From Candidatus Cloacimonadales bacterium (GTDB taxonomy: Bacteria > Cloacimonadota > Cloacimonadia > Cloacimonadales > JAFGVF01), in contig OY782781.1 of the NCBI GenBank assembly GCA_963678315.1, positions 1,632,001 through 1,696,000 on the forward strand: a stretch of DNA of 64,000 nt, in the 5' to 3' direction. Position numbers and translations under genes: made by a program. Shown here piece by piece: positions 41,607 through 52,501 of this stretch. The stretch's first letter is position 1. Each line of letters begins with the position of its first letter. Below the pieces are notes generated by a model, which saw only the letters and a list, made by a program, of their open reading frames with translations, searched no databases and was not told where the DNA came from.

Positions 41607-41861
41607 CTTATCTCCTAGATAGTATTCTAAAAATATTCTTAACAATAAAGTAGCTAGATAATTGTATAAAGCAAGCTTCTTTTAATTAGAAGTGAAAATC
41701 TTTAATGCAATACAATCTAATAAATTTGCATTCTAAAGTCTTTTGAAGTTAACAGTGATAACTTTTTTAGTAAAATGTGATTTTTATGTTTGACAGCAAA
41801 GTGCGATTTTGAGCTATAGTCTCATTAGGTTAACACTATTAATTAAAAGAGGAGATTTTGT

Positions 41862-44354
41862 ATGAAAAAGTCAATATTTATACTTTTGATGGTTATTTTT
41901 ACAGTAACTTCATCATTCGCTGCCTTTGTTGAAATCGGCAATGGTACAAGTAGCAATAGTCTATGTCCAACAAATGGTTACTTCCCTTATGGATGGTCTT
42001 CATTTGTTCTTACATCAGATCAAATTGGACAGGCTCTAGAGCTTGATGGTATAAAATTTAATGTAGCAAACGAGCCAGAATCTTTTGAGATGGCAAATCA
42101 AAAATTATATGTAAAAGCTGTTTCTTTATCAACAATAACAACAGCATATCCAGATCCAGAAAACAATGGTTTCCAACTTGTTTATGATGGTTCTATAATG
42201 TGGGATGGTGCAGGTTGGCAAGGTGTTGATTTTGCACAAGTATTCTCATATAATGGTACTTCAAACTTGCAATTTGTATGGGAAAATAGAAATGGAGCTG
42301 CTTATGATGAAGGATACCCTGAATTTAGATACACATCAAGTAATGCCCTAATTGGTGCTGAAAGATCTACTTCTTTCTCTGTATTTATTCCAGGTAATGA
42401 GATGTATAGTCATCCAAATGTGAGACTAAAATACAGTCTAACTGACGAACCTGAAGTAGCAACTTTAGTTTCTCCACAAAATGGTTCTGAATTTATTTCT
42501 ACATCAAGTGCTTTATTCTGGGAAATAGGTGAAAACACAACAGGTGTGGATGTTTACTTATCAGATTCATATTCAGCTGTTAACAACAATAATGCGACAG
42601 CAAGAGTTGTTGAAAATGGAATGGAAGAGACATATACTTTCTCTTTAACAGGTGGTACAATGTACTACTGGAAAGTTGTATCTAATAATAGTAACTCAGG
42701 TTTAGCTACAGAATCAGCAATCTGGTCATTCGCAACAGAAGTTGGACAAGTTCAATTACCTATAACTTACAATTTCAATGATGTTGTAGAAGATCAAGTT
42801 CCTTATGGATGGGATATGATTCATGAAACAGATGCTTCTTGGACTACAGTTGGAGCAGACTCTACTCATGGTTTGAACGATACTAATTGCTTAAGACTAT
42901 ATAACTCATCTGACCCAGATGGTATCTTTATGGCGATTGCTCCAGAAGTTAATGGTACAGGTGCACAAGTTAGATTTAAGGGAATGACAACTGTAGGTCA
43001 TGCAACAGATCTTAAAATAGGTACAATTAGTGATATTACTAATGCTGAGACTTTTGAATTAATTGAAACAGTAGAAATAACAAGTGACTGGACTGAATTA
43101 ACAGTTCCATTGAATCATGAGACAGCAAGAATCGCTTTCTTACACGGATTAAGTGATATTTATACTGCTATATATTTAGAAGATGTTACTTTTGAGCTTG
43201 GAGAAGGCTTAGAGCTTCCTTATGTTCAAGATTTATCTCCTATCGTTATTGGCACAGAAGTGGTTTTATCTTGGACAGATCCTTCAAATGATACTTATAC
43301 AGCTAGTGGCTATAAAGTGTATCGTGATGGCCAATTCCTAGAAGAAGTTACTACATTATCATATACAGATTCTAATGTTCCTTATGGTGACCATGAATAT
43401 TACGTTACCGCAATGTTTGGAGAAGATGAATCTCGTCAATCTAACCTTGTTGAAGTTACAATTGAGCTTACTACAGGTCAAGAAATTATTGTTGATTCTT
43501 TCGAAGATTATGAAGACTTCTCATTAGACTTTGGGGATTGGACTTTAGTTGATAATGACTTGTCAATTACCTACGGTTTTGGTACAAGTGCTACTTTCAC
43601 AAACATGAATGCTCAAATGGCATACATTGTCTTTAATCCACTGAATGTTGTTCCTGCTATTGAAGATGATGAAACATTCTTACCTCATACAGGTGATAAA
43701 TATTTAGCTTCATTTGCTTCAGAAACACCTACAAACGATGATTGGTTAATCACACCAACATTCTCAATTGGTACTTCTGGTTTAGTAGACTTCTGGGCAA
43801 AATCACAAACAGGCCAATATGGTCTTGAAAGATTCAATGTTCTTGTTTCTAATGGTTCAACTGATATTGCAGACTTTACTGTGATTTCAGGTGATACTTA
43901 TGTTGAAGCTCCTCTAGAATGGACTAACTTTGTTTATGATTTATCAGCTTATGCAAATGAAACTATTAGAGTAGCGATTCAATGTGTTTCAGACGATGCT
44001 TTCATCTTTATGATTGATGACTTCACTGTTCTAGGTCAAGATGGTACAGATATTGAAGATAACAATTCAGAACTTGTAACAACTTCATTGAAAGGTAACT
44101 ATCCAAATCCATTCAATCCAGAAACAACAATTTCTTTTGAGGTTAAAGAAGCTGGTAAGCTCTCTCTAGATATCTACAATATCAAAGGTCAAAAAGTTAA
44201 AACTCTTATCAATGGCAACAAAGGTGTGGGAAATCACTCAGTTGTATGGAATGGAAGAAATGATAAGAATGAAAATGTAGCATCTGGTGTTTATTTCTAC
44301 AAATTAACATCAGGAGATTACTCTGAAGCGAAGAAAATGATTTTAATGAAATAG
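41862..44354 (+). CDS. Secreted multidomain protein (FN3, cleaved-adhesin/choice-of-anchor J-like, FlgD-Ig C-terminal sorting domain)
   Basis: Signal peptide, GYKVYRDG..L..YTD, SFEDY..WTLVDND..NDDWLITP, and GNYPNPFNPETTISF...ASGVYFYKL. Confidence 0.85.
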   Translation: MKKSIFILLMVIFTVTSSFAAFVEIGNGTSSNSLCPTNGYFPYGWSSFVLTSDQIGQALELDGIKFNVANEPESFEMANQKLYVKAVSLSTITTAYPDPENNGFQLVYDGSIMWDGAGWQGVDFAQVFSYNGTSNLQFVWENRNGAAYDEGYPEFRYTSSNALIGAERSTSFSVFIPGNEMYSHPNVRLKYSLTDEPEVATLVSPQNGSEFISTSSALFWEIGENTTGVDVYLSDSYSAVNNNNATARVVENGMEETYTFSLTGGTMYYWKVVSNNSNSGLATESAIWSFATEVGQVQLPITYNFNDVVEDQVPYGWDMIHETDASWTTVGADSTHGLNDTNCLRLYNSSDPDGIFMAIAPEVNGTGAQVRFKGMTTVGHATDLKIGTISDITNAETFELIETVEITSDWTELTVPLNHETARIAFLHGLSDIYTAIYLEDVTFELGEGLELPYVQDLSPIVIGTEVVLSWTDPSNDTYTASGYKVYRDGQFLEEVTTLSYTDSNVPYGDHEYYVTAMFGEDESRQSNLVEVTIELTTGQEIIVDSFEDYEDFSLDFGDWTLVDNDLSITYGFGTSATFTNMNAQMAYIVFNPLNVVPAIEDDETFLPHTGDKYLASFASETPTNDDWLITPTFSIGTSGLVDFWAKSQTGQYGLERFNVLVSNGSTDIADFTVISGDTYVEAPLEWTNFVYDLSAYANETIRVAIQCVSDDAFIFMIDDFTVLGQDGTDIEDNNSELVTTSLKGNYPNPFNPETTISFEVKEAGKLSLDIYNIKGQKVKTLINGNKGVGNHSVVWNGRNDKNENVASGVYFYKLTSGDYSEAKKMILMK

Positions 44355-44402
44355 GAAAATATGAACTGCTTGTAAAAAGTTATCATATAAAGATATAAAA
44401 AT

Positions 44403-44432
44403 AAGGCACGATTATTGAAATCGTGCCTTTTT
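44403..44432. terminator. Terminator between convergent genes
   Basis: AAGGCACGATT-attg-AATCGTGCCTT followed by a T-tract. Confidence 0.75.
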
Positions 44433-44451
44433 ATCTAGTTGAAATATTTAT

Positions 44452-45387
44452 TTAGAATTCTACTTCAAGTCTAAGAACAACTTCTTCAGTTACTTCTTCT
44501 TGGTAATCTTTTTCATTATAGTAGTTTAGTTTTAAAGAAGAAACAGCTTCTTCACTTTCAAAGATTTTGTAAGCTACGAATCCACCGATTAAGCTTTCTC
44601 CAAAGTCTTCATTTTCTTCAAGCTCTTTAGTTTGGTCGAACTTAGCAGCAAAAGATAAATTCTCGTTGAAATAATAAGCAAGTTCAATGTGATATGCTTC
44701 AGGTTGACTTTCATCTTCCATCTTCTCAATTGTTCTAACATACTCACCAGTAAGATTGAAATCTGACATACTTAGATCAGCACTAAGACTTACAGCTCCA
44801 ATTTCTTCATCTAATAATGAATTCATATATTTAGCACTTAAAGTACCTTCAATATTCTCAATAGTGACATCTTTATGGAAGCCAGCTACGAAAGCATTAA
44901 TATCTGTGTTTTTGTTACCTTCAAGTTCTGTTTTGTAAGTAGCACAGAAAATATTGAAATCATATAAGTTAAAATCAGCTTTAACAGCAGTATTCCAAAG
45001 TGTAGCTAAGTTGTATGAATAACTGTAGTTAGAAAAATTGCTATTGTCCTCAACGGAAGGAAGATACATTTTACCTGCAGTAATAGATAAATCGTAGTCT
45101 TCAAGTAGTTGGATTGTAGCATAAGCTTCATCTATTTCAAAACTAGCGTAATCTTCTTCATAGTAAAGAGCAATATAAGCTTGAAGTTTCTCAAGAGGAC
45201 TTGCAGTAACATAAAGTTCTAAATCACTAAGATCTAGGTTTGTTTCTTCTTCTGTTTGATCTCCATTAGAATATGAGAAATCAGTTGCTAAGAATCCATT
45301 AAATTCTAGGTTGTTAAAACTAACAGCATTAAGACTACAAGTTAAAACAATTAATAAAAACAATAAAACATAATTTTTGCATTTCAT
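44452..45387 (-). CDS. Putative outer-membrane porin (LbtU-like)
   Basis: Signal peptide, LYYEED..FEIDEAY..AGKMYLP, and C-terminal LRLEVEF. Confidence 0.65.
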   Translation of the reverse strand: MKCKNYVLLFLLIVLTCSLNAVSFNNLEFNGFLATDFSYSNGDQTEEETNLDLSDLELYVTASPLEKLQAYIALYYEEDYASFEIDEAYATIQLLEDYDLSITAGKMYLPSVEDNSNFSNYSYSYNLATLWNTAVKADFNLYDFNIFCATYKTELEGNKNTDINAFVAGFHKDVTIENIEGTLSAKYMNSLLDEEIGAVSLSADLSMSDFNLTGEYVRTIEKMEDESQPEAYHIELAYYFNENLSFAAKFDQTKELEENEDFGESLIGGFVAYKIFESEEAVSSLKLNYYNEKDYQEEVTEEVVLRLEVEF

Positions 45388-45528
45388 AGCATACTCCTAA
45401 AAAATTTGATAGCCTAATTTCCTAAACCACTATTTCTAGGCAATAAATAAATTAACAATAGTGAAAAAAAAAGAGCCAGGTTAATCTAGCTCTTAAATAT
45501 TAGCAAATTTAGCTGTATTTGTTTAGTG

Positions 45529-46014
45529 TTAAACTGATGTTTTAATACTATCCACAAGCTTATTGAGTGCTTGATCTGCTAGCTCTTTATTACTCAATGG
45601 CTCTCTCATCTCAACTGTATGAATGGCTTCACAGTGAGCGAATAGTTCTTTAAACTTATCAATAGTATGACCTGTATTCCCTTGATGAGTACATGTGTAA
45701 ATCATCTTTTGACCGCTTTTGATAGTATTCTCTGATGCAAAGGTTCTGATAGCTGGGGCATAGGTTAAAGCCCAAACAGGTGTTCCAAATATTATTACAT
45801 CATACTTGTCAGCATCGAATGTGTATGGCTTTAGTTGAGGCTTTGCACCTCGAATAGATTCCATTCCACCTTTAAAAATTACTTTGAAAGTTGATTTGGT
45901 ATACTCTTCAACAGTTTCAAGCTTCAAAACATCACAATTAATCTTCTTTTTCAATTCACTCGCTAAATAATCATTGTTCCCTGAGTAGGAAAAATATATA
46001 AAAATTGACTTCAT
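45529..46014 (-). CDS. Flavodoxin family protein
   Basis: YFSYSGNN, GTPVWA, CTHQG. Confidence 0.88.
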   Translation of the reverse strand: MKSIFIYFSYSGNNDYLASELKKKINCDVLKLETVEEYTKSTFKVIFKGGMESIRGAKPQLKPYTFDADKYDVIIFGTPVWALTYAPAIRTFASENTIKSGQKMIYTCTHQGNTGHTIDKFKELFAHCEAIHTVEMREPLSNKELADQALNKLVDSIKTSV

Positions 46015-46017
46015 TTA

Positions 46018-46866
46018 TTACCTCAATCGTTGTCTAAAAACATAATATTTATGATGTGCCCAAATAGCTTTAAAGCAATCTGGAGCTATCTTTTCTAACC
46101 AATAATAATTCATCATCTTACTAGCAAAGTCTTTATCTTTGTCTTGCCAGTAATCAAGGACAGTTAACGGCTCCTTATCTTCATTAACCGGCTGATTCTT
46201 TACTAAGAAACCTAAGCCTAGTTTCTTGAGGAAGTCTTCTTTAGCCATGCCAATATCTGGCCATGGGGGACAGTCAAAATAACCATTTGAAATCTTCTTC
46301 CAGCCTAAGTCATTCATGACCTTGATAAAGTTTCTAGGGATGATATTCTCTTCTTTTAAGTACTTGTTTAAATCTTCTTTGCCTAAATACTTTTGACTTA
46401 AATAGCCAAGTCCAGATCTATTAGGAACTGCAAGAATTACAACTTTACTAGTTACACGGGTTAACTCTTTTAAGAATTGCTTTAGATCATTAACAAACCA
46501 TAAGGCTGAGAAGTTCCAAGACATATCAAAAGAATTATCTTCAAAGGGAATACTTGAATATTTCTCTAAATAGACTAGTTTAGCTTCTAGATTGGACTCT
46601 TGCCATACTCTATTGATTAAATCAAGACGTTCTTGATCATGGTCAACTAAAGATACTTTCATGCCCTCGTAGGCTAGTCCCATGGAGTTTATACCAGATG
46701 TTCCAGTAAATCCAAATGAAGGAACTTCTAATACACTTTTAACACCATACTTATTAGCTATCTCTAGTATTTTATTATGTATAATTATACGTTCATAGCT
46801 TGAACCTAGACCTTCATCAGGATTATCATAATATTTCTTCCAAAAGTTGATTATTGGGATAGCCAT
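46018..46866 (-). CDS. Class I SAM-dependent methyltransferase
   Basis: SVLEVPSFG, IPFEDNSFDMSWN, FLKELTRV. Confidence 0.75.
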   Translation of the reverse strand: MAIPIINFWKKYYDNPDEGLGSSYERIIIHNKILEIANKYGVKSVLEVPSFGFTGTSGINSMGLAYEGMKVSLVDHDQERLDLINRVWQESNLEAKLVYLEKYSSIPFEDNSFDMSWNFSALWFVNDLKQFLKELTRVTSKVVILAVPNRSGLGYLSQKYLGKEDLNKYLKEENIIPRNFIKVMNDLGWKKISNGYFDCPPWPDIGMAKEDFLKKLGLGFLVKNQPVNEDKEPLTVLDYWQDKDKDFASKMMNYYWLEKIAPDCFKAIWAHHKYYVFRQRLR

Positions 46867-47841
46867 TTATCTTACCTCTTTATACCAGTTAATGACGCTA
46901 TCAAATTTATCAAGGCTATCTACTTGTTCAATGTCAAGGCTTTCATAAGTGTTTTCTACCTGGTAATACCAAGATCTTGAAATAAGCTCAAAACGTGAAA
47001 CAAAAAGCTCATTCTTAAGCATTCTGGAAACAGATTCACCAATTCTGAAGAGGAATGTAGGAACAATTCTAGTCTTAGGAAGATCTTGTTTCTTCAGCTT
47101 TCTTGAAATATAATTAGATAGTTGAAGTAAGTTTACAGGCTTCTTATCTGCTACAATGAAATTACTTCCATCATGCTTATTCTCATTTACAAGTAAAGAG
47201 AATGCTTGAGCTAATACTTGAACATTGGTTAAATGTATCAATACTTGGCTAGAAGGTAAAATCATCATGCCCTTATCTATTAGCTTGCACAGTGTATAAG
47301 GGAAACCGTAATCTCCTTCCCCGTAAGTTATAGCAGGCCTAACAATGACAGCATTTAGCCCTTTAAGTCTTAATTCCTCAATGCTCTCTTCTGCTTTAAT
47401 TTTAGTGAAGTGATAGTAGTTATCTTCTTTTCTAGGAGTAGAATCATCAGCAGGAAGACTTTTGGGTATAGCTCCAAAAACTCCGACAGAAGAACAGAAT
47501 ATTAATCTAGAATTATTGTTTAGGCAATAGTTGGCTATGATATTGCTAGCTTCTACGTTAGCAAGGTAATACTTGTCTTTGTGGTCAGGACGTCCACCAC
47601 GTAATGCCCCAATATGTAGAACTAGGTCGAACTCTTTATCTTGAATCCATTTACTTAATGTGCTTACATCACAGAGGTCAATTTCTATGAAGTTAACATC
47701 ATCAATAAATTCTTTAATTCTCTCTTTATCTGTATTAGGTCTTATCAAAGCAGTTATTTTATGCTGTCCCTTCTTGATAAGTTCACGTGCTGTGTGTTTT
47801 CCTACAAAGCCACTGATGCCTGTAATCAATATATTTGCCAT
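46867..47841 (-). CDS. NAD-dependent epimerase/dehydratase
   Basis: ITGISGFVG, CSSVGVFG, YHFTK, VRPAITYG. Confidence 0.88.
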   Translation of the reverse strand: MANILITGISGFVGKHTARELIKKGQHKITALIRPNTDKERIKEFIDDVNFIEIDLCDVSTLSKWIQDKEFDLVLHIGALRGGRPDHKDKYYLANVEASNIIANYCLNNNSRLIFCSSVGVFGAIPKSLPADDSTPRKEDNYYHFTKIKAEESIEELRLKGLNAVIVRPAITYGEGDYGFPYTLCKLIDKGMMILPSSQVLIHLTNVQVLAQAFSLLVNENKHDGSNFIVADKKPVNLLQLSNYISRKLKKQDLPKTRIVPTFLFRIGESVSRMLKNELFVSRFELISRSWYYQVENTYESLDIEQVDSLDKFDSVINWYKEVR

Positions 47842-48154
47842 TAAAACTCCTAGTTGATCTAAGATTATTCATCATATCTCTTATATTTAATAAATTTGAT
47901 TTAGGAGCTAATTATAGTCAAGTAAAAACAAGATAAAAAAAGAGCTTTGAATGTGTCAAAGCTCTAATGAGTAAGTTTAATATTATTATTTTCCCATTTG
48001 ATTTAGTAGGCTTCTCGTGAAGAGTGCAGATTTTTTCAGCAAAATATGTTACAGAATTGAAGTTCGAATAATATATATTCTAGCTGAGATTATGGAACTT
48101 ATTCTTGCATAAAAATATAGTACTATTCTAGAAGTTCTACTGTATTAGATGGGT

Positions 48155-48442
48155 TTATAGTAAGTTCGCCTTGTAAATGGTCATATTTTTACTAATACAC
48201 CATTGTTTTGAATTAGAGAAGTAAGCTCTCATCTCTTGAGTAGTTAGATGATTATCCAGAGCTTTTTTATTTGTCCATTTACCAATAATATAGAAAGTGT
48301 TGTTACTTGAATAGTCTCGGTTTAACTGATATTCAAGACAGCTATTTTCTTTTACCAAATTCTCAGAAACTTCAGAAAAGAAGTTAACAAAATCATCAGC
48401 ATGTTGATCCTTGACAACAGATTTTAAAGTTAAAATAATCAT
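48155..48442 (-). CDS. Antibiotic biosynthesis monooxygenase (ABM) family protein
   Basis: ENSCLEYQL..D...FYIIGKW...ALDNHLTT. Confidence 0.75.
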   Translation of the reverse strand: MIILTLKSVVKDQHADDFVNFFSEVSENLVKENSCLEYQLNRDYSSNNTFYIIGKWTNKKALDNHLTTQEMRAYFSNSKQWCISKNMTIYKANLL

Positions 48443-48812
48443 CTTTACTCCTTTTGAATTTAAGTTCTCTTCAACAGAAAACTAATCAATTCAATCTTTA
48501 TATCTTATAAGTCAAATCTACGCATTCTAAATAAGCTGTCAATATAAATCGATAAAAAAATATTAATTTAATTAATTGCCTGTATCTGAATAAATAGAAA
48601 GATTGATATTATAATACCATTAAATATATGATAAATAATGTTTAAAAGATATTAAACTTGTATTATGTTTATATTACTAAAACGATAAATAAATATCTTT
48701 ATATTTATTGTGTTTTCCATATTTTATCCAACAATCACTTTAACTCCATATTTTCATAGACATTTTTTAGCTAAAGCCTATATATTGTAAAAATAGAATT
48801 TTAGGAGTATAT

Positions 48813-49892
48813 ATGTTAAGAAATCTTGTAGCCATATTTGCTTTATTAGTGGTAGGTATCTTGTCAGCTTTTCCTGTACCACAACTAGACTTTAATCCTA
48901 AACAATACCAGTGTTTTAGAACAGAAGAAGAGATTATTATTGATGGACGAAACTTAGAAGATGTCTGGTTGGATGCTGCGTGGACAGATGAATTTGTTGA
49001 TATTGAGGGAGATTTGAAGCCTTTACCAAGTTTTACTACCAGAGTTAAAATGCTTTGGGATGATAAATATTTTTACTTCTATGCTGAACTTGAAGATCCT
49101 AATGTATGGGCAACATTAACTGAAAGGGATGCTGTTATTTTTCATGATAATGATTTCGAAATATTCATTGATCCTGATGGTGATACCCACAATTATTATG
49201 AGTATGAAGTTAATGCTTTTAACACAGTTTGGGATTTACTATTATTGAATCCTTATCGTGATAATGGACAGGTAGCTATTGATTCTTGGGATATAACAGG
49301 CTTAAAATCTGCAGTTTATGTTGATGGAACTATCAATGATCATGTTACTTGGGATAAAGGTTGGAGTGTTGAAGTGGCTATTCCTTGGAAAGTACTAGAA
49401 GAATGCTCAGATTTACCAGCTCCACCCAAAGATAAAGATTATTGGAGAGTTAACTTTTCAAGAGTCCATCATGACACTAAAATCGAAGACAGCAAATATG
49501 TAAAATTAGATAAGCCTGAATACAATTGGGTATGGTCTCCTCAAGGTCTAATTGCTATGCACTATCCTGAAATGTGGGGTTTTGTTCAATTCAGTACTCA
49601 GTTAGCTGGAAGTAAAGTCGAGAACTTTAAGATTCCTGAAGAAGAGCAAGTTAAAATGAACTTGAGATATATCTATTATGCTCAAAAAGTCTATTATGAA
49701 AAGCATAATAAATGGGCAAGCTCACTAAGTAAACTTGAATATAAGCTCAAAGATATAGCAGGCTGGAAGTCTCCAAAACTATATAATGCTGGTCAACTTT
49801 ATCAAGTTTCTATAATGTCTAAAGATAAGAAGATAGTATGGTCAATCGACAATATGGGTCATACTTGGAAGACAGACTTAGAGGAAAACTAA
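48813..49892 (+). CDS. Carbohydrate-binding family 9-like secreted protein
   Basis: Signal peptide, IDG..W..AAWTDEFVDIEG, KMLWDD, DNDFEIFIDP, WSVEVAIPW, WRVNFSR, MHYPEMWG. Confidence 0.82.
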   Translation: MLRNLVAIFALLVVGILSAFPVPQLDFNPKQYQCFRTEEEIIIDGRNLEDVWLDAAWTDEFVDIEGDLKPLPSFTTRVKMLWDDKYFYFYAELEDPNVWATLTERDAVIFHDNDFEIFIDPDGDTHNYYEYEVNAFNTVWDLLLLNPYRDNGQVAIDSWDITGLKSAVYVDGTINDHVTWDKGWSVEVAIPWKVLEECSDLPAPPKDKDYWRVNFSRVHHDTKIEDSKYVKLDKPEYNWVWSPQGLIAMHYPEMWGFVQFSTQLAGSKVENFKIPEEEQVKMNLRYIYYAQKVYYEKHNKWASSLSKLEYKLKDIAGWKSPKLYNAGQLYQVSIMSKDKKIVWSIDNMGHTWKTDLEEN

Positions 49893-49894
49893 TT

Positions 49895-51007
49895 ATGAAA
49901 GCAATGTCATGGAGAGGAGTTCACCTAGATGTAAGTAGACACTTTTTTGATAAAGAGTTCATTAAAGAATTCATCAATGTCTTATCTATGCTTGATTTTA
50001 ATAAATTCCACTGGCATCTTTGCGATGATCAAGGCTGGAGATTAGAAATATTAAAATATCCTAAGTTAACAGAGATTTCTGCATATAGAAAGAAAGCTGA
50101 TAACATGATGTATGGCGGATTCTACACTCAAGAGGATGTAAAAGAAATAGTTAAATATGCTTCAGCTAGAAATATTGAGGTGATTCCTGAAATAGAATTA
50201 CCTGGTCATGCTCAAGCAGTGCTTGCTGCCTATCCAGAATTGTCATGTAAGCAAGAAAAGCTAGAAGTGTGGAATGAATGGGGGATATCTAAGCATGTTT
50301 ATTGTGCTGGCAAAGAGGCTAGTTTTGACTTTTTACAAGACGTATTAGATGAAGTTTTTGAGCTTTTTCCAGGACAGTATATCCATATAGGTGGAGATGA
50401 ATGTTTAAAAGAACACTGGAAGACCTGTCCTGATTGTCAAAAGAGAATGAAAGAGCTCGGTTTTAAGAATGAAGAACAATTGCAATCTTATTTCGTGAAG
50501 AGAATAGGCCGATATATTCATCAGCATGGAAAGCAAGTGATTGGCTGGAATGAGATAATGGAGGGGGATCTTGATTTCCCAGCAATTATCATGGCATGGC
50601 AGGGTAATGAAGCAGGTAAGAAAGCAATTGAGAAAGGCTTCAAAGTAATTCAAACACCTAACCCATATCTTTACCTAGATTGGTATCAAACTTCTAGATC
50701 AAATGAAAAAGGCTATTTTGGAGTTACAACAACTAAAGATGTTTTTGATTATTGTCCTTATATTGATGAATGTACAGATGAGCAGAATAGCTTGATTATT
50801 GGTTCGCAAGCTAATATCTGGACAGAACGTATTGCTACTCCTGAAGAAGTGTGGTATATGGCTTTACCAAGGTTGATTGCACTTTCTGAAAGTCAGCATG
50901 GAAATTCAGATTGGCAAAACTTCCTAAATCGATTACCTTCAATATTACGAGAGCTAGCTTTACCTATAGACGTTGAAAGAATTCTTGCAAGAGCACAGAT
51001 GAGTTAG
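49895..51007 (+). CDS. Beta-N-acetylhexosaminidase (GH20 catalytic domain only)
   Basis: WRGVHLDVSRHF, HWHLCDDQGWR, PEIELPGH, HIGGDE, IWTE. ATG at 49895. Confidence 0.9.
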   Translation: MKAMSWRGVHLDVSRHFFDKEFIKEFINVLSMLDFNKFHWHLCDDQGWRLEILKYPKLTEISAYRKKADNMMYGGFYTQEDVKEIVKYASARNIEVIPEIELPGHAQAVLAAYPELSCKQEKLEVWNEWGISKHVYCAGKEASFDFLQDVLDEVFELFPGQYIHIGGDECLKEHWKTCPDCQKRMKELGFKNEEQLQSYFVKRIGRYIHQHGKQVIGWNEIMEGDLDFPAIIMAWQGNEAGKKAIEKGFKVIQTPNPYLYLDWYQTSRSNEKGYFGVTTTKDVFDYCPYIDECTDEQNSLIIGSQANIWTERIATPEEVWYMALPRLIALSESQHGNSDWQNFLNRLPSILRELALPIDVERILARAQMS

Positions 51008-51009
51008 TA

Positions 51010-51186
51010 ATGAAGATTCCTAAAAGTATCAAGATTGTTCTAGGATATTTGTCGGTAATAGTAATTGCCTATACTTTATATACTGATTTACCTCGAATTC
51101 ATCTTTCTTATAGATACATTGTGTTGATAATTGGATCAATAATAAGCTTTGTAATTTACTTTTTAAGGCTAAGAGATAAGCACTAA
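51010..51186 (+). CDS. Small 58-aa two-TM membrane protein (not in the supplied ORF track)
   Basis: MKIPKSIKIVLGYLSVIVIAYTLYTDLPRIHLSYRYIVLIIGSIISFVIYFLRLRDKH*. Starts 2 nt after the GH20 stop. Confidence 0.55.
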   Translation: MKIPKSIKIVLGYLSVIVIAYTLYTDLPRIHLSYRYIVLIIGSIISFVIYFLRLRDKH

Positions 51187-51314
51187 TTTTAGTGAGAAAA
51201 GAAAGATCTTAGAATTATTTAAAAAAAAGTGAAGGGATTTTCTTAAGGTCAGTCTTATAGGTTGAAGAATGAAAGTTCTTAAATAAAAAATATAACCTTA
51301 ACCAGGAGATAAAA

Positions 51315-51845
51315 ATGATTAAGAAAACACTTATTACACTTGGACTTATTGCCCTTTTAGTAGGAACACTAGTTGCACAACCTATGATGAATGGAAGAAA
51401 TCGAAACATGGCAGATAACTGTGATAATAATGGAAAACAATTTAGAATGGAACAAGGAAGAATGGGACATCATCAAGCTAAAGGTGACCACAGACAACAT
51501 CACAGAAAAGGTGATGGCTTACATGTTGGAATGATGATTATCCATAATGCTGAAGAACTTGAACTTAAAGATAGTCAAATCGAAGATATAAAAGATATTG
51601 CTTCTACTTTCCATAAACTTGCTAATGTTACTAAAGCTGAATTAGAAAATCTACGTATCGATAAAAGAGAAGCTATGATGAATAAGAACTATTCTGAAGC
51701 TAAGAAAGTTACTAAAGCTATCTTCTCTAAAAAAGAAGAGTTAGAACTAAAAGAAATTGATGCAAAGAAAGATATCATGGATGTTCTTACTGAAACACAA
51801 CAAGAAAAATTCGAAACTCTATGTAAAAAAGGACCTAGGAAATAA
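51315..51845 (+). CDS. Spy/CpxP-like periplasmic protein
   Basis: Signal peptide, M/G/H-rich N-terminus, LELKDSQ and VLTETQQEK (LTxxQ-type motifs). Confidence 0.78.
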   Translation: MIKKTLITLGLIALLVGTLVAQPMMNGRNRNMADNCDNNGKQFRMEQGRMGHHQAKGDHRQHHRKGDGLHVGMMIIHNAEELELKDSQIEDIKDIASTFHKLANVTKAELENLRIDKREAMMNKNYSEAKKVTKAIFSKKEELELKEIDAKKDIMDVLTETQQEKFETLCKKGPRK

Positions 51846-51894
51846 TTTAACAACAAAACTAGAAAAGCAGTAAGATTCTTTCTTATGCTACCTC

Positions 51895-51926
51895 AAGAGA
51901 CCTTGCAAAAGGTCTCTTTCCTTTTT
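51895..51926 (+). terminator. Rho-independent terminator
   Basis: AAGAGACCTT-gcaa-AAGGTCTCTT followed by a T-rich tail. Confidence 0.75.
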
Positions 51927-52501
51927 CGTGGAATAAGTAGGCTTCAGCTTTAGTCTGTCACTATTCCCTTGCTAACTAAAGCAAATTTAAATGAAAATAA
52001 TTTACCAATACTTAATGAAACTTTCTTACCTCCTGCATAAAATTGATGTTTAATGCAGGAGGCTCTTTGGTAAAAGTTAATTTTCACTTAAATTTCACTT
52101 AATTTTTGTGCTAGTATTTTCTTAATAGATTCAAGTAAACTATAAGCGAAATAAACATTTGAAAACAAAGCAAAAAAAACAGTCTTGTCCTAGTTTGCCC
52201 CAGATGATGTATTAGCTTTAAAGAAGGTTAAAATATACATTCATGTCAACACTCCTAGCTCTCTTTACAAGCTAAATTAGAAATATTCTTAATACATATA
52301 AATCTTAATTTCTATAATATTATATCTGTCTAATTTGAACAGGAGCTCTGCTTACTTTTCTTTACTAGTATATAGGGCATTTAATTTAAATTAACTTTAA
52401 CTTGACTAATATATCTAGGCAACTATAATTCAGTAATTATTGGTAAATCTATAGGGATTATTGCTTATTGTTATCGATAAGAACTGCAATATAGGAGTAA
52501 A

